Below are positions 53,828 to 64,000 of a stretch of DNA of 64,000 bases, piece by piece. Source of the DNA: Eledone cirrhosa (lineage: Eukaryota); assembly GCA_964016885.1 (NCBI GenBank), contig OZ024764.1:9672001-9736000 (forward strand). Direction: 5' to 3'. Made by a program: the position numbers and the translations under genes. Every line of letters begins with the position of its first letter. Position 1 is the stretch's first letter. Below the pieces are notes generated by a model. It had not been told where the DNA came from and did not search any database. It worked only from the letters and a program-made list of their open reading frames with translations.

Positions 53828-55716
53828 TTAAATCAACCCCAGTGCGTGACTGGTACTTTATTTTATCGACCACATAAGGATGAAAGGCAAAGTTACATGA
53901 ATATAAAGTAGTGGCCGTACTCAAAAACAAGTTGGCAGCCACCATTTATATATATATTTATATATACACACACGGAATGAGTCACCAGCTGTTAGTACTA
54001 GAAATCACCACCACCACTACCATTACAACCTGAAATAAGAGTGACCACTCATCCCCCCCCCTCCCTCACACACACACCTACCTTGATAAAATTTGTTAAG
54101 TAGCCGTTTGCTACTTCCAAATGACCATCCTCTCCCCTTCCAACATGATCCTACTACAACACCAAAACGTGTGTGTAAATATATATATATATATATATGT
54201 ATATGTGTGTGTGTGTGTGTGCATGTATATGTGTGTGTGTATGCATGCATATATGTGTGTGTAAATATATATATATATGTATATGTGTGTGTGTGTGCAT
54301 GTATACATGTGTGTGCATGCATGCATATATGTGTGTGTACATATATACATATATGTGTGTGTGTGTGTGCATGTATATATCTCTATATATATAAAGTTGT
54401 ATTCCTGTCTGTCTGTTTGTTCATGAACTCCTCCTATGGTTTTGGAGATAGACCCCCCATAACCATATATATTCTGAAACTACATTGCCCAGGGTACTTG
54501 GATAAGTATATTTCATTTTAATCAAAGAGTTCCCCGGGGTGGTTCCCCTGGGGCACAAACCCTCACTGAAAATTTTTTCCCTTCGATATATATGAAATTT
54601 AAACCATAGGTAAATGACAAGATATGATGCCTATTCACAAAATTTCAGCAAATTTCAATAATATTAAAACACCCTAATGGAGTTTTTCTCATTATATCAC
54701 TGATGTAAAATCAATCATCATTTTCTTGCAATAAAAAATGTGTGAAATGCAGCAAGGTGCGGGTAATTCGGTTATGTGTGTTTATGTGTGCATATGTATA
54801 TATATATATGTGAAAAAATTCAGGACCCAAACGGCTGAGCTCCAGCCATTTCATCAGTTAGACCCACTCTACTACCCTGAGTATTGAGTACTTTGAGTAC
54901 TCTGGCCAGTAATGGTTTTTACTGCTTCCATTCAGATCTCATCATCACCGTTTTACGTCCGTTCTTCCACGCTAGCATGGGTTAGACGGGTTGTCCTGCT
55001 GTGGGCAGTGCCCGCTCGGCTGACCTTGTCTTGCTCATATGGGAACTGATTCTGGCTTGATTTCTACAGCTGGATGCCCTTCCTAACACCAACCTCATTT
55101 ACAGTGTGGGCTGGGTGCTTTTTTGCCGTGGCACCTCCCCGACCACTTTGCAGTGGAATGATAGGGACCCCAGTCCTTTCATCTCATTTCTACAGCTGGA
55201 TGCCCTTCCTAACACCAACCTCCTTTACAGTGAGTGCTGGCTGCTTTTTTTCCGTGGCACCTACACGTCCACTTTACAGTGTGGGCTGGGTGAATTTTTT
55301 CCGTGGCACCTACACAACCTCTTTATGATGTGGCCTGAGTGCCTTTTTGCTGTGGCACCTACACAACCACTTTGCAGTGGGAGGGGCTGGGTGCATATTG
55401 TCTATATTGCTTCAGCTTTGGCTTGTACCCGTGGGGGGTCGGGTCTTCTGTATTACTGCATCAATGCCTTTGAGAGGTGCAATTGGGTAAGGTAGGCTTA
55501 ACCCAGGTCTTCTAAATATACAACAAAGGAAGTGTGGTAAACCAGGTGGACCATAATGCACCAGAGTACTCGACACTTAGGGTAGTAGAGTGGGTAATAG
55601 GAAAAGAGTCAGGACCCTGACGGCTGAGCTCCGGCCATTTCAACAGCTACATCCAAACAGTTTGGATCTAGCTGTCAAAACGACCGGAGTTCAGTCGTGG
55701 GGGTCCTGAATCTTTT

Positions 55717-55763
<47 letters not shown>

Positions 55764-56384
55764 AGGCACATGGCTTAGTGGTTAGAGCATTGGCCTTGCA
55801 ATCGAAAGGTTGGGAGTTCTCAGGTGATGTGTTGTTTCCTTGAGCAAGACACTTTATATCACATTGCTCCAGTTTACTCAGCTGTAGAAATGAGATGAAA
55901 GGACTGGGGTCCCTATCATTCCACTGCAAAGTGGTCGTGGAGGTGCCACGGCAAAAAAAAGCACCCAGCACTCACTGTAAATGAGGTTGGTGTTAGGAAG
56001 GGCATCCAGCTGTAGAAATCAAGCCAGAATCAGTTCCCGTCCCACCCTTGCAAGCAGGGAAAAACCAGACGTAAAATGAAATGAAATGATGATGATGATG
56101 ATATGAATAAATTTAGTCCTTCATCAGTGATCTTCCAACCTTCATTGGTATTTCATCGCTTTAAGGACCATATACCTCCAGTTGGTGCGAGCAATGGCTA
56201 AAGAAAGTCGTTGGGACACGTAAATAAGGGGAACGAGCGAGACAGTAAACAATCAAAGATGGTAATGCAACGAAAAGTGAGGATATATATAGATATATAT
56301 ATATATATATATATACGTAGGTCCCGGGTTGAGTCGGGGATAACCACAGTAAGTAAGGTACTCAATACATGGCAGAGTAAAATT

Positions 56385-56645
56385 TTTTATTTTATAGAAG
56401 GAGCTTCTACAGGACTAGTACTGTTTCATTCAGATGAAATCTTCATTCAGATGAAATCTTCCTGAAGATTTCATCTGAATGAAACAGTACTAGTCCTGTA
56501 GAAGCTCCTTCTATAAAATAAAATATATATAAATAAAATATATATATATATATATAGGAAAAGAGTCGGGACCCCAAAGCTTTCCTGATGATTTCTTCTG
56601 AATGAAACAGTTCTAGTCCTGTAAAAGCCATTTCTATATTAAACT
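56385..56645. repeat. Inverted repeat plus extra copy with hammerhead motifs (family 2)
   Basis: CTTC-CTGAAGA-TTTCatctGAAT-GAAA-CAGtactagtcCTG-TA-GAAG at about 56457-56505; second copy at about 56579-56630. Confidence 0.65.
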
Positions 56646-56849
56646 TGATATATATATATATATATTATCTAAAACTTTCATCATAATTTTATGTAAGAAC
56701 CTTTGTTAAGTTATCTTCCAAACATCAACAATGTCTTCTATTAGAAATATGGTAATGAAAGGGTTTAGATATGAGCCATATGGTTCCAGAGTGACTGTAA
56801 GTATGTATGTGTGTATTTAGTGTGGATGTTATATGTGTTAGGTCAATGA

Positions 56850-56899
<50 letters not shown>

Positions 56900-56941
56900 T
56901 ACTATACTAAATGACCAGTGTCTGTTAAGTCAATGAAGGTG

Positions 56942-56992
<51 letters not shown>

Positions 56993-57505
56993 AAGTCTGT
57001 CCATGTTAGGTGAATGTAGATTTGTGTATGTGTGTATATATGCGTATATATATATAAATATAAATACATACATATATGTATATACATACATACATATATA
57101 TATGTATGTATGTATATGCATACATATATATATATATATGTATGTATATACATACATATATATATATATATATATACATACATATATATATATATATATG
57201 TATATACATATATATATATGTGTATACGTACATATATATATATATACATATATATGTATATATATATATATGTATGTTAATACATACATATATATATACA
57301 TACATATATATATACATACATATATATGTATGTATATACATACATATATATATGTGTTAATACATACATATATATATGTATGTATATACATACATATATA
57401 TATATGTACATATATATATATGTATATACATACATATATATATGTATGTATATACACACATATATATATATATGTATATACACACATATATATATATATG
57501 TATAT

Positions 57506-57580
<75 letters not shown>

Positions 57581-58204
57581 TATATATATATATATATGTA
57601 TGTATATACATATATATATATATATATGTATGTATATACATATATATATATATACGTATATACATACATATATATATATATACATATATATGTATGTATA
57701 TGTATATATATATACACACATTACTAAATGACCATCAACTGACCAATCATGTACCACCACCACCACCACCACCACCACCACCACCACTGAAATGACTAGT
57801 CAGGTGGGTCTCATTGCCAAAATTGATTTTGGTTTGGTTCTTGTGTGTGTGTATGTGTATCTGAGTGTATGTACACATGTCCGTGTGTGTGTATATATAT
57901 ATAAATGTGTGTGTGTCTGCATATATATATATATGTGTGACTGAGTATGTGTAAATATGTGTCTCTCTCTATATATATATACACAGACACACACAGACAC
58001 GTGTGTGTCTGTGTATATATATATGTGTCTGTGTGTGCCTGTTTTCTTTGGTCTTCCTGACCTTGGAAAAGGTAAGGGAGGGGGGGAGGGGCAGAGGAGA
58101 TTTAAACAAACGGTTGTGGACAAGATTTAATGTTATTGTAACTGTCGTAGTTATTGTGGCTGTTGTTACTGTTGTGGTTGTTGTTACTGTTGTAGTGAAA
58201 GACT

Positions 58205-59600
58205 TGTTCGCAGTCACTTAACACCAGTGAAACTAGGACAGACTTTAACCCTGAGATGGACTAGTGTCATGTCTAGGGGGAGTCTTGTACTCTCAGTCAC
58301 TTAACACCAGTGAAACTAGGACAGACTTTAACCCTGTGATGGACTAGTGTCATGTCTAGGGGGAGTCTTGTACTCTCAGTCACTTAACACCAGTGAAACT
58401 AGGACAGACTTTAACCCTGAGATGGACTAGTGTCATGTCTAGGGGGAGTCTTGTACTCTCAGTCACTTAACACCAGTGAAACTAGGACAGACTTTAACCC
58501 TGTGATGGACTAGTGTCATGTCTAGGGGGAGTCTTGTACTCTCAGTCACTTAACACCAGTGAAACTAGGACAGACTTTAACCCTGAGATGGACTAGTGTC
58601 ATGTCTAGGGGGAGTCTTGTACTCTCAGTCACTTAACACCAGTGAAACTAAGACAGACTTTAACCCTGTGATGGACTAGTGTCATGTCTAGGGGGAGTCT
58701 TGTACTCTCAGTCACTTAACACCAGTGAAACTAGGACAGACTTTAACCCTGTGATGGACTAGTGTCATGTCTAGGGGGAGTCTTGTACTCTCAGTCACTT
58801 AACACCAATGAAACCAGATGAGGGCACTGGTTTAATGAGCCTTTGGGCTTGAGATAGACTTTTACCCTGTGATGGACTGGTGTCCTGTCCAGGGGAAGCC
58901 TTGTACTCTCAGTCACTTAACACCAATGAAACTAAGACAGACTTTAACCCTGTGATGGACTGGTGTCTTGTACTCTCAGTCACTTAACACCAATGAAACA
59001 AAGACAGACTTTAACACTGTGATGGACTGGTGTCCTGTCCAGGGGGAAGTCTTGTACTCTTAGCCACTGACCACCAATGAAACTAAGACAGACTTTAACC
59101 CCGTGATGGACTGGTGTCCTGTCCAAGGGGAAGTCTTGTCCTCTCCGTCACTTAACATCAATGAAACTAAGACAGACTTTAACACTGTGATGGACTGCTG
59201 TCCTGTCCAGGGGGAAGTCTTGTACTCTCTGTTACTTAACACCAATGAAACTAAGACGGACTTTAACCCTGTGATGGACTGCTGTCCTGTCAAAGGGGAA
59301 GTCTTGTAATCTCCGTCACTTAACATCAATGAAACTAGGGCAGACTTTAACCCTGTGATGGACTGGTGTCCTGTCCAAGGGGAAGTCTTGTACTCTCCGT
59401 CACTTAACATCAATGAAACTAAGACAGACTTTAACACTGTGTTGGACTGCTGTCCTGTTCAGGGGGAACTCTTGTACTCTCAGTCAGTTAACACCAATGA
59501 AACTAAGACAGACTTTAACCCTGTGATGGACTGGTGTCCTGTCCAGAGGGAAGTCTTGTACTCTGTCACTTAAGACCAATGAAAGCCAGGACAATAACTC
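58205..59600 (+). repeat. 83-bp tandem array (about 16 copies, two sub-blocks) resembling the MetaSINE/V-SINE central domain
   Basis: Unit contains AACCCTGTGATGGACTGGTGTCCTGTCCAGGGGGAAGTCTTGTACTCTCAGTCACTTAACACC. Confidence 0.85.
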
Positions 59601-59795
59601 ACCTGCTGAGCCTCTGGACTTAGGACAGTCTGTAACTTTTAAATTTATGTATAGGAATGAGTGTATATATTATCATCATCATCAACATCATTATTTAATG
59701 TTTGGTTGTTTTCCCTGCATGCAAGAGTTGGACTGTATATGTTTATATTTATGTATGTACATACACATGTGTGTGTGCATGTGTATATATATATG

Positions 59796-59851
<56 letters not shown>

Positions 59852-59945
59852 GTGTTTATTTATTTATCAAACAATTACATTAAGTCTGGGCAGTGAATAA
59901 ATAGTACAGAGGTATAAGAATTCTTTTACTCTTTCATACATACAC

Positions 59946-60005
<60 letters not shown>

Positions 60006-60139
60006 TATATATATACATATATACAAACATACACACACACATATATACACACACATACATGTATATATATATATATATACACAAACATACATACATATAT
60101 ACACACATACATTATATGTATATATATATATACACAGAC

Positions 60140-60182
<43 letters not shown>

Positions 60183-60503
60183 GAAGTTATTTCTATATAA
60201 ATAATAAAGATATCATCATCATCATCATCATCATCACCATCATCGTTTAACGTCCAGTTACTTTCTCTCCGTCCCTCCATATATTTATACAAATATATAT
60301 TTATCATCATCATCATCGTTTAACGTCCATCTTCCACGCTAGCACACATATATATATATGGAGGGAGGGAGAGAAAGTAACTGGAATACAACCCAACACG
60401 AGAGAGACCCCGTAACCACATTGAGTGCTTTGAACAGCAGCATGCAGCCAATAACTGTAGTTTCACACCTAACACACACACACATATATATATAAATATA
60501 TAT

Positions 60504-60729
60504 AGTTTTAATATAGATGAGATTCTACAGGACTAGAACTGTTTCATTCTTTAGAAATCATCAGGAATCTGGGTATCAAAAAATAAGTATGGTATTTATA
60601 CAAGTGGTATAAATTTATTTATACAAGTATGGTATAAATACCATACTTATTTTTTGATACCCAGATTCCTGATGATTTCTAAAGAATGAAACAGTTCTAG
60701 TCCTGTAGAATCTCATCTATATTAAAACT
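60504..60729. repeat. Inverted repeat with hammerhead motif in each arm (60663-60713 +; family 2)
   Basis: AGATTC-CTGATGA-TTTCtaaaGAAT-GAAA-CAGttctagtcCTG-TA-GAATCT; further copy at 63950-64000 (-). Confidence 0.75.
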
Positions 60730-60792
60730 TTTATACTCTGCAATGTATTGAGTACCTTACTTACTGTGGTTACCTCCGATTCAACCCGGAAT

Positions 60793-60864
<72 letters not shown>

Positions 60865-61057
60865 CGAATAAGGAAAAGCGAAGTAGTTTCAGATGTTCAA
60901 ATCCTTTAATAATAATTGTTTCTACGGTAGGCACAAGGCCAGCAATTACCCAGTGCATTACTGGTACTTTATTTTATCGACCCCGTAAGGATGAAAGGCA
61001 AAGTCAACCTCGGCGGGATTTGAACTCAGATCGTAAAGGGACGTAACTATGCTGGAA

Positions 61058-62047
61058 AGCATGGCGTCCGACCCTCTACCGATACTGCAAATCCACCACC
61101 CTAGCATGGTGTCCGACCCTCTACCGATACTGCCAATCCACCACCCTAGCATGGCGTCCGACCCTCTACCGATACTGCCAATCCACCACCCTAGCATGGC
61201 GACCGACCCTCTACCGATACTGCCAATCCACCACCCTAGCATGGCGTCCGACCCTCTACCGATACTGCCAATCCACCACCCTAGCATGGTGTCCGACCCT
61301 CTACCGATACTGCCAATCCACCACCCTAGCATGGCGTCCGACCCTCTACCGATACTGCCAATCCACCACCCTAGCATGGTGTCCGACACTCTACCGATAC
61401 TGCCAATCCACCACCCTAGCATGGCGTCCGACCCTCTACCGATACTGCCAATCCACCACCCTAGCATGGTGTCCGACCCTCTACCGATACTGCCAATCCA
61501 CCACCCTAGCATGGCGTCCGACCCTCTACCGATACTGCCAATCCACCACCCTAGCATGGTGTCCGACACTCTACCGATACTGCCAATCCACCACCCTAGC
61601 ATGGTGTCCGACCCTCTACCGATACTGCCAATCCACCACCCTAGCATGGTGTCCGACCCTCTACCGATACTGCCAATCCACCACCCTAGCATGGTGTCCG
61701 ACCCTCTACCGATACTGCCAATCCACCACCCTAGCATGGTGTCCGACCCTCTACCGATACTGCCAATCCACCACCCTAGCATGGCGGCCGACCCTCTACC
61801 GATACTGCCAATCCACCACCCTAGCATGGTGTCCGACCCTCTACCGATACTGCCAATCCACCACCCTAGCATGGCGTCCGACCCTCTACCGATACTGCCA
61901 ATCCACCACCCTAGCATGGCGTCCGACACTCTACCGATACTGCCAATCCACCACCCTAGCATGGTGTCCGACCCTCTACCGATACTGCCAATCCACCACC
62001 CTAGCATGGTGTCCGACCCTCTACCGATACTGCCAATCCACCGCCCT
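61058..62047. repeat. 45-bp tandem array (about 22 copies) of the SINE A 5' end
   Basis: Unit AGCATGGCGTCCGACCCTCTACCGATACTGCCAATCCACCACCCT; explains the 15-aa repeat ORFs. Confidence 0.96.
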
Positions 62048-62077
62048 AGTCTTTAATCCAAGTCCTTTAATAATAAT

Positions 62078-62151
62078 GCTGTGATATATATTTCAATGAC
62101 GACACTGGCCACACTGTTCTGTGTGCGAGTGTCGTGTCATCATCAGACAGC
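62078..62151 (-). ncRNA. Type I hammerhead ribozyme motif with long stem II
   Basis: GCTGT-CTGATGA-TGACACGACACT..AGTGTCGTCATT-GAAA-TATATA-TC-ACAGC on minus strand. Confidence 0.68.
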
Positions 62152-63276
62152 TTGTTACATAATAAGGTTATGTTTCCGAGGCAATCCAAATTGAATCGAC
62201 ATGGGAACGGATGAAGTTCGTGCTTTTGGGTTTTTCATCCGTTCCCTTGTGAGTACCAATTCACCCCCACCGGTCTGCGCAAGCGCATGATATATATATC
62301 ATCATTATCATCACCGTTTAATGTCCATTCTCCATGCTAGCATGGGTTAGACAAGTTGTCCTGTTGTGACACATGTCAGATCAGGCGACCGTGTCTTGCT
62401 CATACAGAACTGTTTCTGGCTTGGTTTCTACAGCTGGATGCCTTTCCTAATGCCAACCACATTTACACTGGGTGCTTTTTGTATGACACTAACATGACCA
62501 CTTTTCAGTATACAACATAGATAACAATCAAATTTTGTTTAAGGCATTTAACTGTTATATATATCAATTATCATCATTATCATTATCATACGTCCGCTTT
62601 TCCCTGCTTGCAAGGGTGGGACGGGTCCTATTCAGCACAGCATCTCTCCACTTGTCACGGTCCTTTTGTCATCTCCACCGTGAGCTTCAACGATCTGAGG
62701 TCTGCTCTCACCACCTCAGCCCATGTTTTTCGTGGTCTTCCTCTACTACGTCTTCCTTCAACTGGCATTTCTTGGCACTTCTTCACCAATCCGTCATCCT
62801 CCATATATATATATATATGTTTGTTAAAGGTAAACAGAAATAACAACACAATCGGTACAGTATATGGAAGGGATATATTAGGTTAACGCTTGATATAGCA
62901 GGAAGAGGGTCTTAACGTTTCAGAAGAAAGAATGAGAAATAAGATAGATTGAGGGGACAGGTGGGGTGGAATTGGAAAAAATGTCTTTAGATAAAAATAA
63001 CAGGTCCATTTCATGTTGACATCTCTTGCAAAACTGTTGGTGCTGCTGTTTTGTGTATGATATATTTTTTAGAAAAGTATATATATATATATATATATAT
63101 GCTCTCTTCCACACTTGCACAGGTTGGACAGGTCTTTCCCAGCATAGCATCTCTTCAATTACTGCGTTCCTTTGTCATCTCCTCTGTGAGTCTCAGCGAT
63201 TTGAGATCAGCCCTGACCTATACAACCACTTTACAGTGTGGACTGGAGGTTTCACTCTCGTCAACTCTTCTGATTT

Positions 63277-63690
63277 TAACCCTTTAGCATTCACATTACT
63301 CTATATATACTATTGTATTTTCACAGTAAAGGCTTTACCTCACATAATATCTCACATAACATTTACATTACTCTATATATACTATTGTATTTTCACAGTA
63401 AAGGCTTTACCTCACATAATATCTCACATAACATTTACATTACTCTATATATACTATTGTATTTTCACAGTAAAGGCTTTACCTCACATAATATCTCGCA
63501 TAACATTTACATTACTCTATATATACTATTGTATTTTCACAGTAAAGGTTTTACCTCACATAATATCTCACATAACATTTACATTACTCTATATATACTA
63601 TTGTATTGTCACAGTAAAGGCTTTACCTCCCATAATATCTCACATAACATTTACATTACTCTATATATACTATTGTATTGTCACAGTAAA
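63277..63690 (+). repeat. 72-bp array (5-6 copies) beginning with TTAACCCTTTAGCATT (piggyBac-like terminus)
   Basis: Reverse complement of the 23987-24886 array; TTAA followed by CCCTTT at the left end. Confidence 0.85.
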
Positions 63691-64000
63691 GCATAAGGCA
63701 TTTGTTAACTAGATCAGACACCATGATATGCGGCTAACCCTTTGCCCTATTATATATATATAATACAAGGCTTTTGTCACAGAGGGAGAGTTTACAAGAC
63801 CAGGCATCATGAAAAGGGGCTAACCCCTTGCCCTATAAAAAAAGATTATATATATATATATATATAAGACCCGGGTTTAATCGGGGGGTAACACAGTTAG
63901 TAAGGTACTCAATACATTAGTAGAGTGTAAAAATCAAGTTTAATATAGAAATGGCTTCTACAGGACTAGAACTGTTTCATTCAAAGGAAATCATCAGGAA

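Noticed and set aside
60958-62056. 15-aa repeat ORFs on both strands
   Set aside because: 45-bp SINE-derived array; frame is open only because the unit length is a multiple of three

Overview
AT-rich, microsatellite-dense animal genomic DNA; the SINE/LINE landscape resembles an octopod cephalopod (inference). The only intact protein-coding gene found is an ARIH2/ariadne-2 RBR E3 ubiquitin ligase on the minus strand. I reconstructed it by hand as 14 phase-consistent GT-AG coding exons (51971 down to 14202; 1452 nt, 483 aa + stop). Its introns and flanks hold two tRNA-derived SINE families, RTE-, CR1-, Tx1/L1- and CRE-like LINE fragments, Helitron-, hAT- and piggyBac-like non-autonomous elements, a 5'-truncated 5S rRNA copy, a tRNA-Phe copy, and many 32-230 bp tandem arrays amplified from local sequence. 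Most notable: (1) more than ten type I hammerhead-ribozyme motifs of several families, with compensatory stem changes, often in (TA)n-flanked inverted repeats (Penelope-like or retrozyme-like); (2) tandem arrays that replicate the ends of real ARIH2 exons with their splice sites, giving about two dozen decoy donors and acceptors; (3) a tRNA-Phe/SINE chimera inside one target-site duplication, and an apparent Tx1-SINE partnership targeting ATAAT. Almost all ORFs in the supplied track are repeat artefacts.
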